DNA of 64,000 bases from Candidatus Poriferisodalis sp. (GTDB taxonomy: Bacteria; Actinomycetota; Acidimicrobiia; Acidimicrobiales; Poriferisodalaceae): contig NZ_OZ244925.1 of NCBI RefSeq assembly GCF_965221945.1, forward strand, positions 3,466,091 through 3,530,090, given 5' to 3'. Numbering within the stretch: position 1 is the first letter of the stretch; every line of letters starts with the position of its first letter. A program made the translations under genes and the position numbers. Shown piece after piece: positions 18,320 to 28,743 of this stretch. Under the pieces are notes generated by a model. That model saw only the letters and a program-made list of their open reading frames with translations. It was not told the DNA's origin and did no database searches.

Positions 18320-18590
18320 CCCGAGCAGTCAGATGGTGGGCGGCTTGGACACCAGTAGCTATGTGCGCGTCGACCCACAGCGCGCTGCTCCGCTCATCGA
18401 GACGGTGGATGTTCCCGGTGGCCTGCCTTGCGACGGGGCAGGCCGCTGATGTGCTGCTCGCGCATCACCGCGCGCAGCAGCTTCTTGTTCGCCACATGGT
18501 CGTGGACCTCGGCATGTGATCGAAGATGCGCTCGAGTATCTCGACGCCATTGTCGCCACATGGCATGAGGGCGTCAGAGGTTGGCTGCCG
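18320..18590 (-). pseudogene. IS3-family transposase OrfB N-terminal remnant, multiply frameshifted
   Basis: Minus-strand frames read VEILERIFDH..., HAEVHDHVANKKLLRAVMREQHISGLPRRK, then in another frame NIHRLDERSSALWVDAHSY. This mirrors the IS3 OrfB pattern (RIHAEL..VNRKRVARLMRE.GL.G; LWV.DITY). Confidence 0.45.
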
Positions 18591-18622
18591 TGAGCTGTCT
18601 TCCCACCGTGAAGCTCCTGTTG

Positions 18623-19522
18623 CTAGATCACGGTTTCTCGAGCGAGTGTTGAGAGATTGCTGATTACTGCGTCGAGATAGCCAGGGTCTTTCCGCTGCGG
18701 GTCGTGCACCGTGCCCAACTGGAGAGTCAGAGCCGCGCCAGCGTGGGTGATGAGGGGGACTGCGCCCAGGTCCATGCCACGGAGACCGACAGATGACGGG
18801 AGAATCGCCAATCCTTCGCCGGCGGCGGCCATGGCGAGCGCAGCGTCTGGAGCTGAGGTCTCGAAGGCGATTTCGGGGGTGAGATTCTCGATGCGACAGG
18901 CTGAATCGAAGAGAACTCTGCTCCCAAACGTCTCGTTGAGAGCCAGAATAGGGAAGGTACACGCTTGTTGTATTGTCATTGCTTTTGGCCCCGAAGAAGG
19001 CGAAGACCTCGATTGAGGTCTGATGGCCATGAGGGTGAGATCGACGAGAGGATGCTGCACAAGTCGCGGTGACGGCCCTATGAATGCGACGCCGAGTCGG
19101 ATCTCATGCGCCTCAATAAGCTCGACGACTTTCGCTCCTCCGGCCTCGACCACTTTGCACTCCACGTTCGGAAAGTCCTTGCGGAAGGTCTGCAAGAACG
19201 GAGCGATGAGCCGTTCGATCGTCCACGGGGTTGCACCGATACTGAAGTTCCCGAGTCGCCCCCCACGCAGTTGCCTGGCGGTTTCAAACAATGAACTCTC
19301 GCTCTGCACAAAATCCGTACAGTGTCCCCGCAGAGCTTCACCAGCCTCAGAGAGCCTGACCCCACGACCGACCCGGTCAAACAGAGCGATTCCAAGTTCG
19401 GTCTCGATCCGTTGGACCTGGCGAGACAACGCGGATTGGGAGATGTTGAGATGTGTGGCCGCAACGGTCATGTTCCCAGTTCTGGCAATCTCGAGGATGG
19501 CTTCGACGTACCGTGCATCCAT
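18623..19522 (-). CDS. LysR-family transcriptional regulator
   Basis: N-terminal HTH MDARYVEAILEIARTGNMTVAATHLNISQSALSRQVQRIETELGIALFDR plus a LysR substrate-binding length. Confidence 0.9.
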   Translation of the reverse strand: MDARYVEAILEIARTGNMTVAATHLNISQSALSRQVQRIETELGIALFDRVGRGVRLSEAGEALRGHCTDFVQSESSLFETARQLRGGRLGNFSIGATPWTIERLIAPFLQTFRKDFPNVECKVVEAGGAKVVELIEAHEIRLGVAFIGPSPRLVQHPLVDLTLMAIRPQSRSSPSSGPKAMTIQQACTFPILALNETFGSRVLFDSACRIENLTPEIAFETSAPDAALAMAAAGEGLAILPSSVGLRGMDLGAVPLITHAGAALTLQLGTVHDPQRKDPGYLDAVISNLSTLARETVI

Positions 19523-19613
19523 CTATGCATTATACGCAAGTACAAGGACGACTCGCGTGCGTGCGGTGCATCCACCTATGCATTATACGCAAATATAACG
19601 ACGACTCCCGTGC
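19513..19613. promoter_or_regulatory. imperfect 48-bp tandem duplication carrying two T-N11-A (TGCATTATACGCA) LysR-type boxes
   Basis: GTGCATCCA.CTATGCATTATACGCAA occurs at 19513-19560 and 19566-19613. The first copy overlaps the lysR ATG, and the region lies between lysR and the divergent operon. Confidence 0.45.
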
Positions 19614-19850
19614 TAATGTTGCATGATCAGTAGTTTGGGCCCGTGGGAAGAGAGCGCGATGGCACCACCAGGGGGGGTACCGGCAGTCTCCGGGTCGGTA
19701 GGAGCTTGGCTAGGCCCTCAAGCCCAAGGATCTGCTCGGGCCACCGTCTTGGTGCGAGGTGCCGCGTCACCAAGCAGCTCGAGAACCATACGCGGGACCG
19801 CCGATCGCGTGCCGAACATGGACCAATAGAGAGATGGTGGGTACAAACAG

Positions 19851-20450
19851 ATGAAGAAGGATGAGATTGCTCTCGTACTGATGGATCTCCAGAACGACGT
19901 TATTCATCCCGAAGGTCTCTTCGGAAAGTCGGGGCTTGCAGATGTCGTCAGAGAGAGGGGCGTCCTCGAGAACTCCCAGGCGGTTCTCGAGCGAGCCCGG
20001 CAGCTTCGGATGCTAGTGGTCCATGTAGCTCACCAGTATCGAGCAGGTCACCCCGAGGTAGGCCAGGGAATGGCAATCTTCGACTCAATCAAGACAGCAG
20101 ACGCAATGACCGAAGGCAGTTGGGGTGCCGAAATTCACGAAATGGTTGCACCGATCGAGAACGAAATCGTTATACCCAAGCGTCGAGTCAGTTCCTTCTA
20201 TCAGTCAGACCTTGACCTTGTTCTTCGACTTGCCGGAATCAAGACAATTGTCTCGGCCGGTGTTGCCACGAACATGGTGGTCGAGGCGACAGTGCGAGAT
20301 GCCGCCGACAGGGGTTTCGCAAATATCGTAGTTGAGGACTGCTGCGCGAGTTTCGATGCTGAGGAAAACGAGTTCTCGCTCAAAAATATTGTCCCCAAAT
20401 TCGGACGAGTGATAACAACACCAGAGTTTCTCGATGAGTTCACAGTTTGA
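19851..20450 (+). CDS. isochorismatase-family cysteine hydrolase
   Basis: ALVLMDLQNDV..., K at RRVSSFY, VSAGVATNMVVEATVRDAADRGF (the catalytic Cys position carries M/V here and needs checking). Confidence 0.8.
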   Translation: MKKDEIALVLMDLQNDVIHPEGLFGKSGLADVVRERGVLENSQAVLERARQLRMLVVHVAHQYRAGHPEVGQGMAIFDSIKTADAMTEGSWGAEIHEMVAPIENEIVIPKRRVSSFYQSDLDLVLRLAGIKTIVSAGVATNMVVEATVRDAADRGFANIVVEDCCASFDAEENEFSLKNIVPKFGRVITTPEFLDEFTV

Positions 20451-20519
20451 CGTCCCGGAATCTAGGATCCCGGATTAGTAAATGAAAGAAAAAGAGATAT
20501 CAGAAAGAGGTTAGAGCAG

Positions 20520-21935
20520 ATGCCAAACCGGCCCAGAATCAACATACCCGATTTCAGTGACAAGAGGGTTGCTGACCCCATCCTCGAACAGCTAGATGCG
20601 CGTCATATGTCTCGGCGCGATCTACTGAAGCTTGCATCCGCAGGTGTAGTTGCTGCGGCTAGTTGGCCGCTACTCAGTGCCTGCACTGGGGCGAGCACTG
20701 GAGGGAGCGCAACTACAACGGCTACACCGGCGGCTGGCAGCCCGACTACCACAGCAATCGTTGCGCCGAAGAGTGGGCAAGTCGCCAACATCATTCGGGT
20801 TGAGCAGGCCTACTTCCTCGATCAGGACGATGGGGCCAAAAAGGCTGCCAAGATCCTCGGCCTCGACTACGCCGCAACTTCATCAAATCAGGATGTGCTT
20901 CAGCACATCAGCCTGGTGGAGCAGTTTGTGACGGGCGGTGCAAAGATGATTATCCAAGGCAATGTTGATGGTTCAGACCTTCGGCCAATCGTCGAAGCAT
21001 GTACCGCGAACGAGGCGTACCTTGCAAACATGTTCGTTACTGATCCGTGGTTCACGCCATTTGACGCAGGCGAGTACTATGTGTGGTATCTCGACTTGTT
21101 CGAGTCGGAAAATCTTGCACGGACCACCAGGATAGTGCTTGATGCGATTGGCGGAGAGGGTACGGCAATATACGTTGAGGGCCTTACCGGCGCCTCAGTG
21201 GCAACCACGCGGAAAGCCACGACCCTGAACGTCCTGGAGAATGAGTTCCCCAACGTTGAACTCTTGGCCATCCAGGACGGAAAGTGGAATCCGGTCGATG
21301 CGCAGAAGGCCGTAGAGGACATGGTCGCTGCGGTCGGCATGCCTGACGTTATCCTGTGCGACAACGACGGCGAGGCAGCAGGCGCAGTCGCAGCGGTCGA
21401 AGGCCTCGGAATGACGCCCGGCGTTGACGTCCTTATCTCTGGGCAAGACGGCAATCGAGACGTCCTTGACATGATAGAAGACGGGCGTGTCTATGTGACT
21501 GGATTCCACTCACCAGCCTATTTCGGAGTGGCACCGGTTGTGAGATGCTTCGACGCTCTCAACGGGGTGAAGCTTTCAGCACCCGAAAGGCAGATGGGAG
21601 TAGCCGGGGCCATCCCCGTACTTCAGGACAATGTAGCGCAGGTCAAGCGGCGTTTCATTGAAACGGACAACTTCCCATTCGACCCAGTATTGATGTCGAA
21701 GGTTCACCACCCTGACGATTGGGACCCGATGCACGAACTCCGCGCTCTCGTCCTCGAGGAGCACTGGGCACCGTTTGGCGAGGCAATCTTTGAAAAGCCC
21801 GACGGTTGGGGCCCGCCTGAGTACGTACGTGCTTTGGAGGCTGGCGAGATGGAACAAGTAACCCAGATGTATGCCGATCACTACCACATCAAGATGGATG
21901 ACTTCGACTACAAAGGTGTCCCGGTTCCAGAATAA
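20520..21935 (+). CDS. ABC transporter substrate-binding protein (sugar/Peripla_BP_4-like) with Tat/lipoprotein signal
   Basis: SRRDLLKLASAGVVAAASWPLLSAC signal. It is followed by ABC ATPase and permease genes. Confidence 0.75.
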   Translation: MPNRPRINIPDFSDKRVADPILEQLDARHMSRRDLLKLASAGVVAAASWPLLSACTGASTGGSATTTATPAAGSPTTTAIVAPKSGQVANIIRVEQAYFLDQDDGAKKAAKILGLDYAATSSNQDVLQHISLVEQFVTGGAKMIIQGNVDGSDLRPIVEACTANEAYLANMFVTDPWFTPFDAGEYYVWYLDLFESENLARTTRIVLDAIGGEGTAIYVEGLTGASVATTRKATTLNVLENEFPNVELLAIQDGKWNPVDAQKAVEDMVAAVGMPDVILCDNDGEAAGAVAAVEGLGMTPGVDVLISGQDGNRDVLDMIEDGRVYVTGFHSPAYFGVAPVVRCFDALNGVKLSAPERQMGVAGAIPVLQDNVAQVKRRFIETDNFPFDPVLMSKVHHPDDWDPMHELRALVLEEHWAPFGEAIFEKPDGWGPPEYVRALEAGEMEQVTQMYADHYHIKMDDFDYKGVPVPE

Positions 21936-22009
21936 CTTCTCCCGAGGAGAGGACACCGGTCAATTCTCATCTTGCCGCAAGGCAGAGCACAGAAGGGTGG
22001 GACATCTGA

Positions 22010-23596
22010 GTGCCAGTGCTAGAAGCGCCAGTCCTAGAGGTCCGCGAACTCTGTAAGTCCTTTCGTGCAGTAGTCGCGTTGGATCATGTTTCGTTGCAAA
22101 TCAACCGAGGCGAGATCGTAGGTATCGTCGGTGAGAATGGTGCCGGAAAGAGCACCTTACTCAACATACTGTCGGGGACAGAACGTCGGGACTCGGGCAA
22201 GATCCTGCTCAACGGCGACGGCGAGATAGCTCCGAGGAACTATCTAGAGGCCAACCGCTTAGGAATCTGGCGAGTCTTTCAAGAGCCCGCAGTTATTCCA
22301 GGGATACCTGTCTATGAGAACCTCTTCTTAGGTCACGCAGACAAGTTCGCCCGACTTGGCTCTGTCCTGGACAAGCGAGCGATGATTCGCGAGGCGAAAC
22401 GCATTGTGCATGAGATGCGGCTCGAGATTGATGTCACTCAACCCACATACCGGTACAACTTCGCAGTTCGGCAAGCCCTAGAGGTCGCCAAAGCATCGAT
22501 GCTTTCCGAAGTCTTAGGCTTCGAGTCGAGCGTCGTCCTGTTTGACGAGCCCACCACAAGCCTGTCTCACGTTGAGGTCGAGGCCCTCTTGGCTCTTATG
22601 CGCGAACTACAGCGGCGCGGATCATCTGTCGTCTTCATATCGCATCGGCTGAGCGAGATTTTCCTGGTATGCAGTCGCCTATATGTAATGAAGGATGGAG
22701 TCCTAGCTGCCGAAGTCATGGCGGATGAGACGGAGCCAACTGAACTTCACGAGCTGATGGTCGGCAGAGTCAGAGAGAAGGACTATTACCTGGAAGGTGA
22801 GCAGGTCGAGGTGACCGGAAATCCGGTCAGCGTCAGAGTCGCTGACCTGAATCTGGCCGGTGAGTTGTCGGACATCAGTTTCGAGGTCAGGCAGGGCGAG
22901 GTATTGGGCCTTGGTGGAGTGATTGGCTCCGGGAAATCTGAACTTGGACGAGTACTGGCCGGACTGTCGAAGCCGGATAGCGGGACAATCGAGATCAACG
23001 GCACTGGAATAGTAAACAGACTGACGCCTCCGAAGGCTAAGGCTGCCGGAATTGGCTATGTACCACCAGATCGCTCATTCGAGGGGATTATCGCGAATTT
23101 CTCCGTCGCATCGAATATTTCCCTGCCGAGCGGCGAAAGCGATCGATTGGGCTTTACCAACAGGCTCGGTGTATGGAACCTCGGCAGAGAACGACAAGTG
23201 GCGCGAGACTCTGTCGAGAAATTCAGCATAAGGGGTACGCCTGGCGCCCTCGCGGCTACTATGAGCGGCGGGAATCAGCAGAAAATAGCTGTAGCGAAAT
23301 GGGTGCGTCGAGAACCCGTGGTCCTCATCCTCGACAATCCAACTCGTGGGGTCGATGTAGGCGCAAGGGCCGAGATCTACCGGATCATTCGAGATCTCGC
23401 CAGAAATGGTGTGGCGATAATTCTGATTAGCGACGACTTGGTTGAGCTCGTAGGATTGAGCAACCGGATACTTGTGCTGAACTCGGGGAATATCGCCACA
23501 ACGGTCGACGCACCACCGGATCAAAAACCAAGTGAACAAGAAATCGTTCGCCACATGATTGGTGCGCTCCAGCTCGCTGAAATGGGCAACTCTTGA
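22010..23596 (+). CDS. sugar-type ABC transporter ATP-binding protein (duplicated NBD)
   Basis: Walker A GENGAGKST. Second NBD with GVIGSGKSE, signature MSGGNQQK and Walker B VLILDNPTRGVD. Confidence 0.9.
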   Translation: MPVLEAPVLEVRELCKSFRAVVALDHVSLQINRGEIVGIVGENGAGKSTLLNILSGTERRDSGKILLNGDGEIAPRNYLEANRLGIWRVFQEPAVIPGIPVYENLFLGHADKFARLGSVLDKRAMIREAKRIVHEMRLEIDVTQPTYRYNFAVRQALEVAKASMLSEVLGFESSVVLFDEPTTSLSHVEVEALLALMRELQRRGSSVVFISHRLSEIFLVCSRLYVMKDGVLAAEVMADETEPTELHELMVGRVREKDYYLEGEQVEVTGNPVSVRVADLNLAGELSDISFEVRQGEVLGLGGVIGSGKSELGRVLAGLSKPDSGTIEINGTGIVNRLTPPKAKAAGIGYVPPDRSFEGIIANFSVASNISLPSGESDRLGFTNRLGVWNLGRERQVARDSVEKFSIRGTPGALAATMSGGNQQKIAVAKWVRREPVVLILDNPTRGVDVGARAEIYRIIRDLARNGVAIILISDDLVELVGLSNRILVLNSGNIATTVDAPPDQKPSEQEIVRHMIGALQLAEMGNS

Positions 23597-24621
23597 GCAC
23601 AGACGGCGGTCATTCGACACAGACGGATTCAGAGTCGCGCCGCGAACCAGCTGCTCGTGGCGGGCCATCCTTCCAGTTACCGTCCGGTTTTAGGAATAAG
23701 ATACTGCCATTTGTGTCAGTAGTTGTCCTCGTCATATTCTTCGGCGTACTCGAACCCCGATTCTTTACTATCTCGAATTTCACGATTGTTACGTCCCAAG
23801 CGGCTCCATTATTGTTCATCACGTTGGGAGCCACGTTCGTTGTACTCATGGGCGGGATTGACCTGTCAGTTGGATCGGCTGCAACGTTAGCGTCGGCGCT
23901 CGCCGCGGTTTTGGTGCGTGACTACGATATTGGGTATTTGGCTATGCCTGTCGCGATCGCCGTCGGCATCGCGGCAGGTCTCGTCAACGGCCTGATAACG
24001 ACCTATTTTCGGCTTCCATCCTTTCTGGTGACGCTGGGTACTCTTTCGATCTTTGGCGGGCTTTCTTTGCACCTGCTCCAAGGCCGCTCGGTTCCCGTTG
24101 GAAATCCACCATTTCGGCAACTAGCTATCGGCCAACTCATCCCGAATCTTCCAAATGCGATGCTGTTCGCTCTATCGTCATCGGCCGTACTGATCTTCGT
24201 TGGAAGCTGGACCAGATTTGGCCGGTACATAGCGGCTATAGGCGCGGGCGAGGCCGTGGCGACCGTAGCCGGAATTCGTGTTCGACGATACAAGATCTAC
24301 GCGTTTACGGTCTCAGGTGCGTTTGCCGGCGTGGGTGGTGCATTCATCTTGGCGCGTCTTGGCTCAGGCTCACCTCAGGTTGGTGCAAACTTTCTCCTAG
24401 ACAGCATTGCTGCAATCGTCGTTGGCGGAACAGCGCTAAGCGGAGGAGTCGGTGGGGTCCACAGGACGCTTCTGGGTGTCGCGATAATCAGTATTCTAAG
24501 CAACGGCCTGGGTATCATGGGCGTCGGTTCGTTTACTCGAATGATGATCATCGGATGTGTGGTGATTTTGGCGGTCGCTACGACGATCGACCGCGAGCGG
24601 ATGATGAATGTTGTCAAGTAG
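23593..24621 (+). CDS. ABC transporter permease (RbsC/BPD_transp_2-like)
   Basis: TTGA overlap with the ATPase gene. About 9 TM spans, and the LDSIAAIVVGGTALSGGVGGV motif typical of ribose-type permeases. Confidence 0.85.
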   Translation: MSTDGGHSTQTDSESRREPAARGGPSFQLPSGFRNKILPFVSVVVLVIFFGVLEPRFFTISNFTIVTSQAAPLLFITLGATFVVLMGGIDLSVGSAATLASALAAVLVRDYDIGYLAMPVAIAVGIAAGLVNGLITTYFRLPSFLVTLGTLSIFGGLSLHLLQGRSVPVGNPPFRQLAIGQLIPNLPNAMLFALSSSAVLIFVGSWTRFGRYIAAIGAGEAVATVAGIRVRRYKIYAFTVSGAFAGVGGAFILARLGSGSPQVGANFLLDSIAAIVVGGTALSGGVGGVHRTLLGVAIISILSNGLGIMGVGSFTRMMIIGCVVILAVATTIDRERMMNVVK

Positions 24622-24697
24622 ATTTGGCCAGTTATTGCGCCCTGACCGCGTAGTGGGAGCGAGATAGACGGCGCAAGATTGTAACTGGCAGTGGTAG

Positions 24698-25924
24698 GTG
24701 TGCGAGAAGATCATGGCAAAACGAGTAGAACAAATTAGGGGTCCTTTTGATCCGCAGGGGCAGCCTAACTTCGACAGTCAGAATTCTGTCTACCTAGGAG
24801 TTTTTGCATGGAACCTTGCGGGCGGCGGAGCCCCGACGATCGCTGTGATGGAAGATCCAGAGAGGCGCCGTGATTATTGGCAATGGCCTGCCGCATCCCA
24901 TTTGATCAAAGAGGCGGACCGAATCGGCTGTGAGTTCCAGGTGCCGTTCGGGCGTTGGCTCGGTCATGGCGGTATCACCGAGTACAACGAGAACACTCTC
25001 GACTTCCTCACCGTGGCGGCTGGACTCGCCCCGCTGACCTCGCACATCCTCCTGCCGTCGACAGCGCACATCGGGTATCAGCATCACCCGGTGCAGTTCG
25101 CCAAGTGGGGAGCGGCCATCGATCACATGTCCGATGGTCGATGGGGTCTCAACATCGTCGCCGGCTGGATTCGTGACGAAGTCGAGATGTTCGGCGAGAC
25201 GTTCATGGACCACGATCTCCGGTACGACGTGTGCGACGAATTCGTCACGTTCATGAAGCACTGTTGGTACGCGGACGAGCCGTTCGACTTCGAGGGCGAC
25301 TACTTCACCGGCAAGGACATCTGGGTCACGCCAAAGCCCAGCCGTAAGCCCCGGCCGGTCCTCGTCAACGCCGGCTACTCGCCGGCCGGCATGGATTTCG
25401 CTACGAAACACTGCGATTGGCTCTTCGCAGCCAACCCGAGCGGGGATCCGCAAGACCTCGGTGACGTGGCCAACCGGGCCAAGGAGCAAGCGGAGAAGTA
25501 CAACCGCCAGGTCCGAGTGATGAGCTTCTGCTACTGCATCTGGGAGGAGACCGACGAGAAGGCCGAGACCCTTCTCGCCGAGCAGCAGGGAATGATGGAC
25601 GAGCTGGCGACGAGCTGGCACCTGTACCGCGGGCTCGACCAGCCGGGCACCAAGACAGGCGCATCGTTCTCACTGCCACTCGGCGGCGAGACGGCGACGC
25701 TCAAGCAGGCCGTCGGCGCCGAGAACTTCGTCCGCTACGGACTCGGCATCGCCGGCCGTCAAATCGTCGGCGGCTACGACTCGGTCGCGGAGCACATCCG
25801 GATGCTCCACACCGACTACGGACAGGAGGGTCAGCTCTTCTGCTGGCTCGATCCACTGCGAGGGATCCATCAGCTGGAGGACCACATCATCCCCCGGCTT
25901 CGCAAGATGGGGCTACGCAAGTGA
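24698..25924 (+). CDS. luciferase-like (LLM class) flavin-dependent monooxygenase, paralogue 1
   Basis: VYLGVFAWN..., DHMSDGRWGLNIVAGW match the SfnG/NtaA-type LLM pattern. The alternative start is ATG 24714. Confidence 0.8.
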   Translation: MCEKIMAKRVEQIRGPFDPQGQPNFDSQNSVYLGVFAWNLAGGGAPTIAVMEDPERRRDYWQWPAASHLIKEADRIGCEFQVPFGRWLGHGGITEYNENTLDFLTVAAGLAPLTSHILLPSTAHIGYQHHPVQFAKWGAAIDHMSDGRWGLNIVAGWIRDEVEMFGETFMDHDLRYDVCDEFVTFMKHCWYADEPFDFEGDYFTGKDIWVTPKPSRKPRPVLVNAGYSPAGMDFATKHCDWLFAANPSGDPQDLGDVANRAKEQAEKYNRQVRVMSFCYCIWEETDEKAETLLAEQQGMMDELATSWHLYRGLDQPGTKTGASFSLPLGGETATLKQAVGAENFVRYGLGIAGRQIVGGYDSVAEHIRMLHTDYGQEGQLFCWLDPLRGIHQLEDHIIPRLRKMGLRK

Positions 25925-27243
25925 CATCGGAAACGACAGAGACGCATTCGCCCGAGGGCGCGGAGCAACCGGAAGAGGAGATCACCCAGACCGTCGCGCT
26001 CCAGACGCTGCAGCCGCAGCGAAAATTCCATCAGAAAGTGGCTATCACCCGAGGCCCCTTCGATCCAGGCGGTCAGCCCGACGTCGAGAGCCCCCATCGC
26101 CTCTTGGTGGGTCTCTGGGGCTGGAACGCGTCCTGCGGAACCGTGGCGTCGAAGGCGGTCCTCGAGGACCGCGACCGCTTCCGGGACTACTGGCAATGGC
26201 CCCGGGCCTCGGCGCTGGTGGAGTCGGCGGACCGCGCCGGTTTCGATTTCGAGCTCCCATTCGAGCGGCGCTTCGGATACGCCGGCGAGATCGGCTTCCA
26301 CGAGGACAGCCTCGACTCATTGACGACCGCCCCGGCACTGGCCCAGGTGACCGAGAACCTGACGCTCTTCTCGTCGATCCACATGAACGAGCATGCCCAT
26401 CCGCTGCACATCGCCAGGTTCGGCGGCAACTTCGACCACGTGTCGAACGGACGCTGGGGCCTGAACATCGTTCCCGGTTGGAGTCGTCGTGATGCCGAGG
26501 TGATCGGCCTGGACAACGACTACAGCCTCCGGTACGAGATCGCCGACGAGTTCGTCACCTTGATGAAGCACTGGTGGTCCCTGACGACGCCGTTCGAGTT
26601 CGAAGGCGAATACTTCAAGTCCACCCGTGTCGGAATGGTCGGCCCCAGGCCGACGCGTCAACCGCGACCGATCCTGATCTGTGGCGATGCATCCGAAGGC
26701 GCCGTGGACTTCGCAGCGAAGCACTGCGATTGGCTCCTCTGCAACGCCCCCGAAGACGACTTGAGTCTGCTGGCCCCCCACGTCGAACGCACGAGGGTCT
26801 ACGCCGCGCACAACTACGGCCGGCGACTCAAGATGCTCGTCCAGGTGTTCGTGACGATGGCAGAGACCGCGGAGTCAGCACAGGCGGAATACGACGAGCT
26901 CGTCGCGGCAATCGACTCGACTGCGGCAGACAACATCGTCACCGAGGCGTTGGAGCAGCCCGCAGAGGCGGAAGGACTTCTGGACACCGCCATCGCCGAT
27001 CGGCTCGGCGACGGTTCGCTCGAGGAGCTCGTCGGTACGGCGAACTACCGAAAGCTGGCCATCGGGTTCGGCGGGATCCACCTCATGGGCAGCTTCGACG
27101 ACGTCGCCGAGCAGTTGCGAGACCTCGCCGACGACCACATGCAGGACGCGGTTGCGTTGTCGTTCCTCGACCCCATGAAGGGAGTCCACGAGGTCGAAGA
27201 CGAGCTCATGCCGCGGCTCAAGAAGATGGGCCTTCGCGCCTAG
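25921..27243 (+). CDS. LLM class flavin-dependent monooxygenase, paralogue 2
   Basis: GTGA overlap with paralogue 1. DHVSNGRWGLNIVPGW and the same architecture. Confidence 0.8.
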   Translation: MTSETTETHSPEGAEQPEEEITQTVALQTLQPQRKFHQKVAITRGPFDPGGQPDVESPHRLLVGLWGWNASCGTVASKAVLEDRDRFRDYWQWPRASALVESADRAGFDFELPFERRFGYAGEIGFHEDSLDSLTTAPALAQVTENLTLFSSIHMNEHAHPLHIARFGGNFDHVSNGRWGLNIVPGWSRRDAEVIGLDNDYSLRYEIADEFVTLMKHWWSLTTPFEFEGEYFKSTRVGMVGPRPTRQPRPILICGDASEGAVDFAAKHCDWLLCNAPEDDLSLLAPHVERTRVYAAHNYGRRLKMLVQVFVTMAETAESAQAEYDELVAAIDSTAADNIVTEALEQPAEAEGLLDTAIADRLGDGSLEELVGTANYRKLAIGFGGIHLMGSFDDVAEQLRDLADDHMQDAVALSFLDPMKGVHEVEDELMPRLKKMGLRA

Positions 27244-27278
27244 ACCGTTCCGAACGCAGACCGAAAGGAAAGACAACC

Positions 27279-28484
27279 ATGAGTCGAGAATCAACATTGA
27301 CCAAGACGGCAGTGAGAAAGAGGAACAAGTTCGTCGAGTCGATGCGCCTCGGGTTCTTCCATCCGACCGGGTGCCTCCACACCACGTCCAAACGTGTCGC
27401 CGACGCGAACCCCGACTGGCTCGACGTCGAGATGCACAAGCAACTCGCGAGCCTCGTCGAGGAAGTTGGATTCGACTACATCTTCATGCTCGACTTCCCG
27501 ATCCCGTACGGGCCCGAGAGCACGCGGGCCAAACACATGGATCCGCTGCTGCAGCCGATAATGCTCGCCCCGTACCTGTTCGCCGCGACGAAGCGCATCG
27601 GCGTGGTGACGACCCTCTACACCACGACGTACCTACCGGCGGCGATCGCCCGTTTCGGAGCAAATCTGGACGTGCTCAGCGGTGGGCGCTGGGGGTGGAA
27701 CGTCGTCACCGGTATCCCACCCAGAGGCGAGTACACCGGTGAGGTCTTCGGCGTGGACTTCCCGTCTCACCAGGACCGCTATGACGCAGCCGATGAGCTG
27801 ATCACGATCGTCAAGGCGCTATGGACCTCCGATGAGCCGATCGAATTCGAGGGGGAGTTCCATCGATCGAAGGGCAAGATCGTCGGTCCGAAGCCCTTGC
27901 AGGAGCCGTGGCCCCTGATCGTCCAGGCCGGCGGGTCACCGCGCGGTCGGGAGTTCGCGGCGAAACACACGGACTACAACTTCATGATCGCGATGGAGCC
28001 GGAGACGGGCGCCGAGCTCCTCGCAGATACGCGGGCGCGGGCCGTGCAGCACGGACGGCAGGAGGACGACGTCGTCTCGCAGTTCGCCATCCTGATCTTC
28101 ATGCGAGACACCGACGAAGAGGCGAGGGAGTTCTATCGGTCGGTCGTCGACTCACTCGATTGGGGCGCGGTCGCGGAGTACTACGACGCCGCGGCCGACC
28201 CGGGAGGCGTGAAGGAGACCGCCGACATGTATGCCGGACTCACCAGGAGGGAGATCCTCGAGCACTGGGGAATCGGTCAGGGCTTGTTCCGTCTCGTCGG
28301 GAGCCCGGAGACCATCGCCGAGGGCCTGCTGAAGATGTATCAGGTCGGCTGTCTTAATGGTTTCGCGCTGTCCTTTCCGATTTGGTCAGAACACGCGATT
28401 CGCGACTTTGCGGAGAAAGTACTGCCGATCCTCCAGGCGGAGGGCGTTTGGATTCCGCCTTGGGAAAGAGACTGGTGTTGGTGA
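27279..28484 (+). CDS. LLM class flavin-dependent monooxygenase, paralogue 3
   Basis: ATG 27279 is preceded by GAAAGGAAAG. LDVLSGGRWGWNVVTG. The upstream part of the 636-aa ORF is a non-coding read-through. Confidence 0.8.
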   Translation: MSRESTLTKTAVRKRNKFVESMRLGFFHPTGCLHTTSKRVADANPDWLDVEMHKQLASLVEEVGFDYIFMLDFPIPYGPESTRAKHMDPLLQPIMLAPYLFAATKRIGVVTTLYTTTYLPAAIARFGANLDVLSGGRWGWNVVTGIPPRGEYTGEVFGVDFPSHQDRYDAADELITIVKALWTSDEPIEFEGEFHRSKGKIVGPKPLQEPWPLIVQAGGSPRGREFAAKHTDYNFMIAMEPETGAELLADTRARAVQHGRQEDDVVSQFAILIFMRDTDEEAREFYRSVVDSLDWGAVAEYYDAAADPGGVKETADMYAGLTRREILEHWGIGQGLFRLVGSPETIAEGLLKMYQVGCLNGFALSFPIWSEHAIRDFAEKVLPILQAEGVWIPPWERDWCW

Positions 28485-28572
28485 AGGTTGTCTAGGTTGC
28501 AGGTGGAGCCGGGTCTGGTAATGGTTGCGGTCCACTTTATTCCATATGTAGATCGAGTGGAGGAGCGAGGAT

Positions 28573-28743
28573 TTGGAGCAGAAGTCACATACCCATGGAT
28601 GTCCTTCGTGTGAGAAGGTGTACGAGTGCACGGAAGGTGGTTGGCACGCAATCGATTATCGCTGGTTCATTCGTTGTGAGGAGTGTCTGGCGAAGGAAGA
28701 AGGTCGAATTGCGGCATCGACTTCCCAGGGAGACGACGCCTAG
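28573..28743 (+). CDS. possible 56-aa zinc-ribbon protein (not in ORF track)
   Basis: Hand translation from TTG 28573: ...HTHGCPSCEKVYECTEGGWHAIDYRWFIRCEECLAKEEGR...*. This gives a CxxC...CxxC pair. It lies in an AT-rich spacer. Confidence 0.2.
   Translation: MEQKSHTHGCPSCEKVYECTEGGWHAIDYRWFIRCEECLAKEEGRIAASTSQGDDA

Noticed and set aside
26574-27278. N-terminal 235 aa of the 636-aa ORF 26574-28484
   Set aside because: It overlaps LLM paralogue 2 in another frame. The recognisable LLM sequence begins at ATG 27279, which has its own SD.
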